DNA of 63,901 nucleotides, the filler included, from Choristocarpus tenellus KU-1152 (lineage: Eukaryota; Protista; Phaeophyceae), in the NCBI GenBank assembly GCA_964200185.2. It is 11 parts of 11 records of this genome, joined end to end, with 100 filler letters (N's around TTAATTAATTAA, not from the genome) between each part and the next. Parts side by side here need not be neighbours in the genome. Positions count along the whole stretch, not along the records: positions 50,196 to 61,179 come from CAXNAD020002582.1; positions 61,280 to 63,901 come from CAXNAD020026195.1; 9 more parts are not named here. One strand, 5' to 3'. Of this stretch, positions 50,886 through 63,852 are shown in pieces (the stretch's first letter is position 1; every line of letters starts with the position of its first letter). Both the position numbers and the translations under genes were made by a program. Under the pieces are notes generated by a model. The model was not told the DNA's origin. It did not search any database and saw only the letters and a list, made by a program, of their open reading frames with translations.

Positions 50886-53800
50886 GATGTCCCATAGCAA
50901 GGAAACCCTGCCAGGCTTGGGTCAAGGGTTGAGTGACAAGAAACTGACAGAGGCAATGCAGAGTCGTATTGAGTTGCTCTGCCTGGAGGCTTCAACGGCA
51001 GGCGTGAGGCTCATGATTGACGCTGAGCAAACTTGGTTCCAGCCTGCCATAGACAACACAGTCTATGGATTGCAGGTGGGTGTGTGCAATCCCCACATTC
51101 AAGCTTATAAGTGTGCCAGGAAATATGGCTAAGTGTAGTGTTTGGGGTTTGATTTTGGGCTAAGAGCAATTACCTGCCAGGGAGTGCTACTATTGTTGGT
51201 ATGCCCTCGAGTGAGTCTATAATTTGCAGTGGTATACAGAGCCATGCTTCAGTTACACAGAGACACCTATAGCCCTAACCCTAACCCTAGCCTGAGTCAT
51301 TACCCTAGCCATTACCCCAACCCAAGAACAATTTCGATGCCTTGATCCTTTGCCCCTACTCTACCACTCCCTCTTCTTACCTTAACCCAGCCCACTGTTC
51401 CTCCATTTTTTCTTTGTTACCTCAAGCAGATCCTTGAGTCCTCTTACCATCCCTTCTGCCCTTCCTCTTCCATATGTTTCAATCCAAACCTATTAAACGG
51501 TACTTTGTGAGTGCACTAGAGAGACTTCAATCGGGGAGAGTTCCCCACAGTCTACACCACCGTTCAGTGCTACTTGAAGGATTCCCTTGACAGGCTAGCT
51601 GCAGATCTGGATCGAGCTTCCAGGGGAGGGTGAGAGGGTCAAACAGAGAGTCGGTATCGCGGAAAGGTGTAGAGGAACATCAAAGATGTTGCAGTTGAAG
51701 GGATTCTCTACTTCTAAGAAGAAAAGGGAGCGGAATGTGCTTTATTGTGCAACAAGATTGTAGGGATAGGAATGTGATTTTTAGTCTATGTGAATTAAAA
51801 AAGGGTTGGTGTGCGTATGGTTATTCAACTTAAATTGTTTTGAGTCCATTCAATGCAACCCAATCAGAATCGAAAGGCGCACACAGCACGTTAATGTGGA
51901 TACAAGAGCCAAAGGGTACAAAGAAGATTTTTTGTCAGAGTGCGCAGCATGTATATGTGTAATATAATGTGTCAACCCATGTAACCCCTCAATTTTCAAG
52001 TCATATTTCTTTGATTTACAGTGACCCAAAGTATCTCAGGGGCGGGGGGGTCTACACCAGGATGTCCATTTTGACCAAAATCAGGAAAAGTGCATTTATA
52101 TTTATCCGTCCGGCGTATGCAACCAAATCACACAAAAATTGTGATAGGAAAAAATTGACCCAAAATGGACAGCAGCCACCCCCCCCAGATACTTTGAGCC
52201 AGTCACCAAGATTCAAAACACTCACCTTTCGCTCAAGTAGAATAGATTATATATGTTGCAGTAAGTCTATGGGATGATTGCTCAGTGTGCAACATCCCTC
52301 CTCTTCTGTTCTTAGATAAATGATTTCGAGTGGAGGTGGTAAGAAGGAGTAGGAGGAGAGATCCGAAAGAGGATAGATAATATAGGACACTATAGAAGCA
52401 GGGAAAGCAACAGTCTTTGGAGATACAAGAAGAAAATGAACGTGAGGAAGAGGATCGCCTTGGGTTGGTGAGGGTAGGACACAGACAGGCAGGAGGGTAG
52501 GTCTTGAGAGGGCTCGGACTGAAAAGTGATTGGATTATATAGTCATAACCGGTTTCTGCAGGGGTAGGGAGTGATATGTTTTTGTCGTTCTGATCACCAC
52601 GAAAGTAACTATAGTGCACAACAATATGTAAGATGGATTTTGATGTGTGTTTAGCGTTCTGGTAACCTTGAAGTGGTACATTCAAGCTCAAATGAGGTGT
52701 CCCAGATTTGCAGAAGCTTACAATTGTTATACATGCTCTCGGTGGAGGAACATAGTATCCATCAACAAACATTAGATATATATACAGAAAATCTCAACTC
52801 TTGAATGTGTCAGTACCTCAGTGGATATATTGCAGCACTCCCAGCAAAGGCATGCACAGTTTCGTTACCATCTTCTTTTTTTTAAAGGAAATCCGGTTTC
52901 CGATATCCACATGACAAATCGCTACGGATCATACGCCTGTACTACATCGCCTGTACTATCCTGCCTGTCAGTATTCCACAAAACGCTGGAAATACTGAAA
53001 TGTGGTAGATAGTGTTCATTTTGGAGTGGCACCGACAGGCAAGTACAGCACAATAATTTGGGGAAGGAAGGTGAACTGAGGAGTGGTGGGATAGATGAAA
53101 CCAACGTGTGAGAAACAAATACACTTGGGGCAGTGCAATCAGTCATAGAGAAGGGTTAGTTTGCTGTTGATGAGAAGTGGTGTAGTGTGTAGTGCCTTTG
53201 GCCGCGGGTCAAGCTATAGTCCCAGGCTAAAGAAATTACAAAAGTATTAGTATATAGTATATATGCTTAGAAGCATGGTACATGGTAAAGGTTTTGAAGA
53301 CTTCGAAGTCCATACAATTTCTACAGAGGGGAAGACTTCATTTTGAAGTAAGAGATATTTGTACTCACTCCGTGCTTCCTGATCCTGTAGACATGCCACA
53401 CACACGTGTTACCGCTTTTTCTGCAGGCTACCCATTCTCCAGGTGTTTTTTCCTTTTTGGAAGCACGTGCATTCGGCCAAAATTCAGAGCAGCTCATTGT
53501 ACAGTGCTAAGGAAAAGTTTGGAGAATAATGTAATCTTTTACTCTGATACAGAGCAAGCAAATGCTGTGACTATGGCTGTCACTACCACCCCTCCCATAT
53601 CACCATGTACCTTGCTCACTATGTCCTTCTACCCTATTTTCCACTGTCCACAATACCCAATCTATCGACATACACTACATTCCCCATTTATAGGTACATT
53701 TGGGCAGGAAAGCTTGTCCGTGGAGCTTATATGCACTCTGAGCGGCTCCGGGCGATGGAGGGAGGCTATGAATCTCCTATCTTCGAGGTGTGAGGGTTAC

Positions 53801-56800
53801 ATTCATCTTGAACTTCACACCCAGTCATTTCCTCGTCCATTTTTAAGGATACATTGAACCTGGGGCGTTTAGGCATACATATAATTCTTGCTACTCCTAT
53901 TTTTGTGTGGGTATCTCCTCGCCTGTAACCTCCCCTTCCTATCCCCCATAGCCTCTACCCTGACACTCTAAAGGGAGTATTCTCCTTCTTGGGGATCCAA
54001 CTCCTCTCCTCACAGCCCTCTCTTCACCATGGTGTTAACCTTGTCCTTGACTACGCTGGTATCACCATCAGCATCTGTGATGATGAGAGCTATTGAATGT
54101 GTAGAGAAGGGAGTCAATCTCTACCTGCCATAACTGTAACTAAGCCTCGACTCAGAGTCTGCACATATCGATCTTGGTACCTCTTGGGTTATGTACTCTA
54201 TAGGGCCATCTTTGTGCTCGTTGATGCACTCATTTCAGCACATACCCCTCCTCCCCCCTCCCTCCCCCTCCACGCATACATGATTCCAAGGCCTATCTAG
54301 AGGCAACAACGTCAACTGGATCATTTTGTCTTGCCCTCGTCTTTTTCCTTTTGTATCAACACTCACCCTACCTCAGAAAATTGAGGAAACACATGCCAAC
54401 TACAATGCTGCAATTGATATGGTCCTGCAGCACATAGCAGAGGGGCAAAGGGCTGACGTCATGATAGCCACGCACAACCAGGCCAGGTGTGACTTATTTC
54501 TTCATGAATTCAAGCATATGGAATCTGGATGCTCAGTTGTGCAGCATACTCATAGACCTCAACTTTGCACTCAGAGGAGTAGGCAACCCTGCCTCCCTTA
54601 CCCTGGTCAATCTCTTGCTTACAACCCAGAATTTCAGGGTGAGGATCCTTTCTTTTAGGATTTATCCCATCTTCACTACTGTAATATGCCTGGATGGCAT
54701 TCGTTGTTCTAAACCTTAACACACTTAGCAAACATCTGCTTGTGTTGCCATTCCCCCTTCGTTGCACCCTACTCAACCCCAATAATATGCTATACTCACG
54801 ATAGAAATATCGTCTGTGACATGAGAATACTGATGCACTAGCCCCAGTCCTATCTGTAGCTCTAACAACCAACACAGGCCCTGATCTTACTCCCCCTTAG
54901 ACCTGAAAACATTGGACCCTTGCACTCGTCCCGATGCTCATGTTGTGACATCGAAGCATTGAGCATGCCATCTACCGTATGCGCGACCTGGGTGTAAGTA
55001 CCTCTGCTGGAGTTTCCTTCGGTCAGCTCCTGGGCATGGCAGATAACATAACCTTCCCACTGGGAGCGAACGGGTTCAAGGTGAGCGATCCTCGTACGAA
55101 TTAACCATCCCGGATACTTTGAGAAATGATCTTTAGTGGCAGTCCATCACCGCAATAGTGGACATACTCATCATCTTAGATAACTATCCCATTTGTGTAC
55201 CATGCATTGAAATGAGCTGCACCTTCCCAAAATGAAAAAATATTATTCTCCCCAGATATGAAGACTGAAGTAGTAATACAGGCACTCGACTCATAGAAGG
55301 AAATGTGCATGAGAAACACCATAGTCAACGCTCCCCTTCATGGTGTGTTGCTGTATAACTGTACTCGAGCAACCCATAGTATCCTAGAGGGGGGAGAAGT
55401 TAGCCCAGGTCGTCCATTTGGTGCTTGATGGGTTGCATTGTAATACATCCCAGTATCATGCCTGTTTTGAGGGTGAACTCTTATCGAGTTTGGTCCAGGC
55501 AGGGAGATGGAAAAGAAAGTTGTGTCCAGATGAAGGAGAGTGCCCTTACATCTGACACATTCACTCAAATGACATGAAAATCGCTAAAGGGTTAAAAGAC
55601 CCCGAATGACCACCTGACCCCCTCTCTCGGATACTCTGAGCCTTCATACTGGATAAATCTACTTGTCTCATTTCTGGTATCAGCACTGTAAGACAATGCT
55701 ACTGTGGTTGTGCTGGGTGCACGTCAAGGTTTGATTGAATTTGCTGACCCAAGGCATTTAAGAGGGTAGAAATTTTTCCCTTTTTTGTTCGTTCAGGGCT
55801 TGGCTTCCCCTTGGTTTTTTTTATGCTATTTTTCGGTTTTCTGTGTGAACACAGTTTCCTAAAATACATGCGACTATGAAGGGTGTGTCCGAAGCAAGGA
55901 TATTGACACTTGGTAACAAGCATGATAGCCAAAATTCATCAAAATCACAACAGGGGATTTATGATCCTGAATGGACGCGGCCCTACCCTCTTTAATGCTT
56001 TGACTTTGCTGTGAAATTATTATACAAATATAATCAAATACAGAAATTTGGGGAGGATGACTTTGGCACCATGGATAATATGACGTATTCTTGATCTTAC
56101 CTCATTTCAACAAGTTGGTGGGAAGAACAAAATGATCTAGTAGCAAACACTCAAGGTGACAGAAGAGAGGTAAGAAAGAGGGTCGGGTGGGTGGGTGGGG
56201 GGGTTAACAGCCGAGATATGCTGATGGGGTGGGAATAAAGGAAGGTAGGTGGAGGTGGTTGTGTTAAAAATCAGCTTGGGGCAGGAGCATTAATCGAGAG
56301 ATTTGAAGTATCATGAGCTCACATTTACGGTTGTTGAATCTACTAGGTGGTGGAGCCCTGCTGCTGCCTATGGGGCAGTCTTCCTTACAGTTTATGGTTT
56401 GCCTCATCTGACACAATATTTCTCCTGAAATTATGGGGTGGTGACAAAGATCACTTCCTAAGAGTATGGCTCTTGCTCCATTAAACACTCGGGGTACCAG
56501 GGATTCTGCTTGTGCAGCAAGTCTTTAGACGCTGAATATATTCTACGATATGGTCAACAGTTGTTGGAATATTGAAGGTAGCTTAGTATGAAGATGGAGA
56601 GTCGATAGACGTTGAAGGAAAAGTTGATGATGTGGAAAGGTTGACACATTTCCGTTGGAATATTGTTTCGAGTAACAGATCCCTGGATCCGCACCAGACC
56701 ATAGCACTCATTCAGTGCAAGCTATCCACCAGATTGGTGAGTACAACTTGTGCCCTGGTCCCAACTCCCTCTCTTGGCAGGCTTACAAGTGTGTTCCATA

Positions 56801-56936
56801 CGGCAGGGTGAGCGAAACATTACCATACCTCATCCGCAGGGCACAGGAAAACAGCGGGGTCCTCGCTGGAGCAGGTCATGAGCGACGCCTTCTTGCTAAA
56901 GAAATCCACCGCCGCCTGTGCGTTGCATTAATGTGA
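50886..56936 (+). CDS. PRODH: Proline dehydrogenase (proline oxidase) family, 3' partial
   Basis: In-phase exons 50886-51075 (VRLMIDAEQTWFQPAID), 51520-51629 (TVQCYLKD), 53694-53787 (KLVRGAYM), 54377-54486 (ATHNQ), 54957-55080 (FGQLLGMAD) and 56781-56936 (YKCVPYG..LPYLIRRAQEN, stop). Confidence 0.96.
52023..52200 (+). mobile_element. MITE family A, full length, in a PRODH intron
   Basis: TIRs plus TSD AGT/AGT. Confidence 0.92.
55371..55642 (+). mobile_element. MITE family C, in a PRODH intron
   Basis: AACCCATAGTATCCTAGAGGGGGG...CCCCTCTCTCGGATACTCTGAGCC imperfect TIRs; GTCCATTTGG box. Confidence 0.65.
55746..56006 (-). mobile_element. MITE family B copy, in a PRODH intron
   Basis: GACCCAAGGCATTTAAGAGGGTA...TACCCTCTTTAATGCTTTGACTT. 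Confidence 0.85.
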
Positions 56937-58459
56937 CTGAAAAGAAAACAGAGGACTGCTGAGGGACGTTTGGGGGAAAATTGTCTGTTCCCTGATTTAA
57001 GGAGATCAATCAACGCTCCCTTTGCCATTAGGAGGTTCAAAGGGGCGAAGATGTTCTTTGGTGTCAACAAATGTATGATGTTTAGCTGCCCATGGTTTTT
57101 GTGGGTTGGCTGTATGAGAAGTAGTACTCTTTATGTATTACACAGCAATGTACATGAATGATGCGGATAACGGATGTGAATTAGAGGAGAATGAGAGGTC
57201 AATGATTTTTTTTTTGCAGTTAGTATTCGAATGCAGAGTATGCACAGTTTCAAGTTTTGTTTGTTCGTTGCTAGCAATATATGTTATTACACATTATTTA
57301 CGTAATGACATGTGTGTTCTACTTTTGGGCTATTATTGTAAATAGAGTTTGACTGCTACAGTTTCTTTCTAGCTTAGTAGTGATGTGCTACCAATCAATC
57401 GAGTCTTCATATCATTAGGACTTCCTGCTCTAATATTTGGGTTCGGAAGGGCTGAGTTGGTGTTATATGCATATGTTGCGGGGTAGAGGCAAGGAGACGT
57501 TCTGTACTACCAGTCAATGGAGTTTTTTATTATTAGTATTTCCTTTTCTAATATTTGGATGCGAGAGGGTTGTGCTGGTGTTGTATGAGTGTGCAGCAAG
57601 AGCGGAGGCAAGGGGGCATTCCAACTGGAGTAGCAGGAACATGTAACAGGTTAAGACCCCCCACCTCTTCATGAGCCTTGTTCTTGTGGGGTCCGGTGGT
57701 GCTCAAGGGCAGGTACAAGCTAATTATTGTGTTTGTATATTTAATGTAAATATATTGAAGGGGGATAATCAATTGCAATGTGTTAGGCCCCAGATCCTAT
57801 CAAAGCTCCAGCACCTCTTGCCTTCCATAATACCTATCTTCGCACTTGAAATGGGGGCTAGGGTTACACTTGTTGGAATAGCTGAGCGAGATTATTGGAG
57901 CATACGATGACATGGATGTGGGGATGATTGGAGAAGAGGCAATACCAAGGACATTGAGTGATTGTTATTATCATGACATTTCTCTCAGTTCGACATTGCA
58001 ATGGCATATTGTTCGTGTGGCAACTCAGCCTGGGAAAGATTGTAGGAGGAAGGAGAGGTGAACTGAAGGATAGTTTCCACTGGATTATTGTCGCAACAAG
58101 TACAGGAAGAACAGGTGCATTTTGTTCAAGAGCATGCAATGCTATAATTGTATTTGATATTTCGGCATCTGAAACATACTGTAGTACAATTTATAGACAA
58201 TAAAAGACCTTCCCGCACATTCTGGAATAATCCAAACAACACAATTTTCACTATAAGCCGGCCTCCACATGTTATCGAGATATTCAAAGAGATGGTGTTT
58301 TGACTGTACAGATGATCGGCCACATTACCATCATTCATCAACTATGCTAACTTCTTTCAGACAAGAAGACAAATCCTTTTACATGTATATCTATCTCTTT
58401 TTTCGTTCTTTCAGTGTTGAGCTCTAGCCAGGCAACAACTCATTGTTAAGGTTTTTTCT

Positions 58460-58640
58460 GGCTCAAAGTATCTGAGGGGAGGGGGGAGGTTTACACCAGG
58501 GTGTCCATTAAGGTCCTGACCAGCAGAAGTGCATCTACGTTATCCATCTCATGCATGCAACCAAATCACCCAAAAACAGCGACATGGAAAAATGGGCCCT
58601 GAATGGACAGCTGGCACCGCTCTCCTAGATACTTTGAGGC
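58460..58640 (+). mobile_element. MITE family A, full length
   Basis: TIRs plus TSD TCT/TCT. Confidence 0.92.
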
Positions 58641-61600
58641 TCTGGTCTACAAGTTTGGCAACGGGAAAGGCAGTTTTTGAGTTCGAGTTTGGATCAGCGT
58701 CTCAAGAAACATACCATCATTTGAAATTGCACTAGGGTCTTTATTTTCAGGTTTGCCGCTAATTAATTAGGAAATTCAAGATTTCTCTCAATCTAGGAAA
58801 TGAGCAATACGATGTCATCATATTTGCTGCAAATGATATCATCGATACTTTGACACAATGTACACATAGACGGCCTCTTGCATCACTCACTGCATAAGTG
58901 CTTGGCACTTCATGCAGTAGATTCGATCAAATACTCCATATTATAAATAATATTGCCGTAAGCCTCTCGATTCGATTCGTGTTATTACTTGTACCTACAT
59001 TACCCGTAGCATGTGAAGTTGGTCTGTATTAAATATATCTAGTGTGATATTTCGTTGGTCGGATTCTTCCTCATGTGATAGGTCTCTCCTACTTGATTGT
59101 GCTCATAGTTGTGGTGGTCGGATCACATGGAGTCTCATCGTTTTTTATTAACACTCATTCTTACCTGTTGTATCACCACTCTCAATATAGCAAGACTCTC
59201 CCAACTTGTATGTGGTGACAGGATGAATTTGATGACCACCTGTTCCCACTATATACTTCTAAGAATCTTTGCTCCCCCTTGCATGTATGGTGCGGATGAA
59301 TTATTATCTCTTTTATCCAATTGCACTAGGTCATTGCACTGAGCTTCGTCAAAATGATAATATACTTCTTGCAGAGTAAGGAGTAGTGTTTGTTGCTGGA
59401 AATAATGAGTCGACCTTTGTTCATGTGCATCTATAATAATTTCCAAAGTGAGTTTATTTCGATGTTTTAACAATGTGGATTAGAATTCCCAATTAGTAGC
59501 ACCTGTAGAAAATACTTAAAAGCAAGACAAGGAATACTTGTAAATATGGAAATTGTGAAGAAGGGAATGCTTTTGTGACTACCACGCATAAAGCTGATAC
59601 GCTCTTATTTCTAAACTCATCATTATTGAGGCACCAGTGGTCCAAGCGAAAAAAGAGACAAACTGAGGACCAATGGCGATATAGAGTACAGAAAAAGCCC
59701 CTCATATTAACCTCCTTGCTGTTAATTTCTTGCAAGCTACACCCTTGTGGCAGCCTTAATGTCACAAGTGGGACATTCTTATGATTGTACAACAAAAAAA
59801 AAATCTTGTGTAATGCCCTATCCCTGAACATCAAATTTATAGGTTAATCTTTGTACATACAGGGTATCTAACTTTGGCAACAGTATTAGTGTACTACTCT
59901 AATTTGCACTCATACTGTACCACCAGCTATAAACCGTAATCTTTTTGCACATTTTAACGCTGATGCAGATACCAGCTTCACACAAAAATGTATTTTTCCA
60001 AAAAATTGGCGATGGGCATAATCGAAAAGTGCTATTGTCTGTTGTAGCAATCGTTGGAATGCTTTTTCCTTCAACACAATTCAGAAAAATATAGTGACCA
60101 TGAGTACAAGATCACCATATATATATATGCACTACCAAGCATAACAATGTGTACACTTGCTCAAATGATATTCTCCCTCAGGACGAATCGGATTGGGGGT
60201 GGTCACCAATGAGCCGTCGTGAATAGTAGGCTCTGTTGGACATATCAGTCAACGTCAACAATCCGTGAATCACAGACCTAGCACAGGTCAACACTGAGGC
60301 ACCTTCCATATGGTAGTTGTTACAATCTGATAGGTGAACGCGACTTGCCACAACCTATTAACACCTGTCTATAATATGATTTCGTCCCTCCATTACCTTG
60401 GTAACTTCTTTAGCGAGTGTACACATTTTTTTTCTATTACAGCCTCGAAAAATATGTTTGAGATTTGTCAGTGACTGTGATAACTCACTAAACGAGCGTT
60501 TCAGAGTACTAACAGCCTCTCGGCAAAATTAAGGATGGAGAATTTCATGGAGGATGAGTTTGACCCAAAATAGTGCGCGGAAAGTGCGCATAAGTTTTTT
60601 TTGTAAATGTTGCGGCACGTTTTAAGGACCCCTTTTTGAATGGGATATATTATTGTTCAAAAAGAGTTTGGTGCTTTTTGTGGAGGGCACCGCTACGATT
60701 CGGAAGCGACCTCGACCAAGCCAAAGGTGTAAGGACAGAGGGACCCCCCTGGGGGGAGCCGGTAACGGTTTTGGTATGCTTATATTATGTATGGTACACT
60801 ACGTATTGTATTTTACAATAATACGTACATACGTCTTCTTCCCGTAATAAATATTTATGAAAGGGTGATGTGGTTTGTTCAAGAAGGGGATAGATATATC
60901 ACATCCACCAAAAAACTATCAAAGTCTCAGAGAAGAACGAACACATGTTTCATACTATACATACATGAAAAGCTTGTACTTCGTTTATATTTTTAGCTTT
61001 AATAATGGCTGTTATTATCGTGTAATTCTGGCACGCTTAGTAAGCAAGGTTAGTCAAAACGTAGTTACTACGTTGAGCCAATCTTGTGATGTTGGAGGCG
61101 GTACATATGTGCGTAGCGGCCAATCTTCATACCAGAGGCGGCGTCAACCTACACTTTGACATTATTGTTGGTAATGAAANNNNNNNNNNNNNNNNNNNNN
61201 NNNNNNNNNNNNNNNNNNNNNNNTTAATTAATTAANNNNNNNNNNNNNNNNNNNNNNNNNNNNNNNNNNNNNNNNNNNNTATCAAGAGAAGGCTATCTGA
61301 CACCCTGCAACTCGTTGTAAAAGGCAACGCCCCCATAGCATCGTTTTGAGGTCGTTGGATTGAGTTGTACACCCTGGAAGGTGAGCATTGAGGGGCGCTT
61401 GTAACAAGAACACCGCAGAACAGAACAGTCGCTCTGCATTCTACACACAGGAATAGCATGCATCACTTGAGTTGCATCACATATTGATTCAAGTTTGTTC
61501 TGTTGTTCTATTGTTTGTCCTTTTGTTTTTTCTTTCACTCTTTCTTCTTATCAGCAGAAGATGACAGTTGTACGTTAATTGTTGATTATTATTTATTTCT

Positions 61601-62133
61601 TGGTTGTCACTCATCCCTCATAATGCACCAAGCTCACTCTGCAGTAAGTGTACCAGGTGCACACCTGGATGTAATATAATTAGAGTTAGAACCACCCACA
61701 GAAACCCTTGCCAGTCAAGGTAACAAGCCTCTCCACAGAGCAAGAACACCGAATTCACATCACATTATTCTTGACTGAGATATCAAATACCTCAGCCACA
61801 ACAGAATAAACACATCGGTGCTTTGCAGCACAATCACTTCTATTCATAATACAGACTATGCAATTTTACTCATCGGTGCTTTGCAACACCATGATTCCTC
61901 ATCGCTCGTAGCCTACGCATTTTGCTTACATGTAAGATGCATTCGATTCAGGTTTCAACACCTGGATTTGGCAATGCATCTCCCCGTTACTCTCTGGTAT
62001 TCTCTGATATTTGTTGTAGTTGCGTGTGAAAGTCTGATTAATCCAGATCGTGCCATTAAAAGGAAAATATGTCGGATATTATCAAAGGTAGCAATCTGTC
62101 AAGTCCGAATCTAGCTCCCAGCACAGTTTCCTG

Positions 62134-62171
<38 letters not shown>

Positions 62172-62478
62172 CATTTCCCCTGCTTACACCAACCTAGTAC
62201 AATAGGTACACAGGAAAGAGACGGATTGGGAGGAGGGCATGAGTTGTTTAGTTATTTGAAATACTATCTGCTGTGAAGGGGAACAGAGCTTTTCGATTCG
62301 GACAAGGACCACCTCTTTGGGTTGAATGGGGCGACGATTGAGTTCTAGTGAGTGGTCTTTCTACACATACATGTGAATATATTGACCCCCACAAAAACCG
62401 CTGTGGGGAACTGGGTAGGTAGAGGGCGTCGTATGGCACCCAAAATTGCACCATGGCAACCTGTACTATAATACTTCT

Positions 62479-62657
62479 GACCCAAAGTATCTGTGGGGGG
62501 GGAGGTCTATACCAGGGTGTCCGTTTGGGTCAAAAATCAGGAAAAGTACATTTACATTGTCTATGCGACGTGTGCAACCAGATCACCCAAAAATCACGAC
62601 ATAAAAAAAAATGACCCCAAATGGACAGCCGCCACCCCCCTCCCGATACTTTGGGCC
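62479..62657 (+). mobile_element. MITE family A, full length
   Basis: TIRs plus TSD TCT/TCT. Confidence 0.92.
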
Positions 62658-63557
62658 TCTCCACCGATCTATAAGTGGACTAATTCCTACAACAAAAACA
62701 AAAATTGTTGCTTTTCTCTGACCTTTCAAAGTAGGTAGGTATAGGATTGGAGGGGAGGAGGAGGCATGTGACAATACACTATGACTACAGGCGACACATT
62801 GAAAAGAAGGGGAAATCATTGCGATGGCTACAGACACACACTGCTTCGCATTTAGGAATAGCTACTGTGTGCCAAACAAACGATATCAAACGATGATACA
62901 CTCAGACAATTGAAACTATTTCTATACTGACAATACGAAGGCATCAAGAAACTAGAGGAGAGTCCCACAAGTGAGTGGCACCCTGCCCAATTATTTTAGG
63001 TGGGGTTTTGGTTTAGTTGGAGGTATGGTATGACTAAGAAAAATGATGTAGACATGCTCATATGTGGAATTTCTTTACCACTAGTGAGTAAATGCATAGT
63101 TTTATACCACTCTGGTAACCTCCCAATTTTTGCATGGTGGAATCCAGAAATTTCCGGATAAAGCCAGCGGTCTGCCTACCTATGTGGTCCTGCTTCTATT
63201 TAAACATTGGCCCCGCCTCACTCGCCACCCTGTCTCCATCATGAAGCACATGGGGTGCCTTGGAATCGCCACTGGCGAAGTTACGGACACCATCTATTGC
63301 AGGTGCGCTGTCACTCCTCCCTTCTTGCTAAGACCTGCACCCTCTATAAATCTCACTTCATGTCGGCAAGTTCATCCAGAAATCTCTAAATATCCAAAGC
63401 AGCACAATACTCAAGGATATGTAATTAACAAATTGAATTAATTGGTTTCGGAGTGAGACATTAGTAGCTATAAACTAGATGGGAACCGATGGATACACGT
63501 TGCCTATAGCCATTTCATCATCCTTCTTTTTACCTGTAGTAAGTGTATTACCGTACA

Positions 63558-63734
63558 GATCCAAAATATCTGTGTTGGGGGGGGGTCTACACCAGGGTGT
63601 CCCTTTGGGGCAAAATCAGGAAAAGTGCATTTACATTATCCATCCGACGCATGGAACCAAATCACCCAGAAATTGTGACACCAAAAATTTTATCCCAAAT
63701 GAACAACCACCACCCCCCCCAGATACTTTGAGCC
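63558..63734 (+). mobile_element. MITE family A, full length
   Basis: TIRs plus TSD ACA/ACA. Confidence 0.92.
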
Positions 63735-63852
63735 ACAGCCCCCCACACCACCTACCTATCTATTTTTTTTTTTAAGAGATAGGAATTTAAGATAAAGTAC
63801 TTCTTTGTTCTTCTGAATCTGATCATTTATGAGATCATGCAGATTGTTGTCA

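Noticed and set aside
54482-54487. Second GC donor in PRODH (CAG|GCCAGG)
   Set aside because: The GT donor at 54487 gives the correct phase and the expected HNQASIE sequence.
9162-56936. Kinesin-2, dynein, HspBP1 and PRODH as a functional gene cluster
   Set aside because: Each is on a different contig, so the proximity is a concatenation artefact.
57700-60100. Possible degraded integrase and other coding remnants downstream of PRODH
   Set aside because: The motifs are too eroded to assign by eye.
5838-61279. Regularly recurring TTAATTAATTAA palindrome as a biological repeat or recombination site
   Set aside because: It is always embedded in exactly 44+44 Ns, so it is an artificial six-frame-stop linker.
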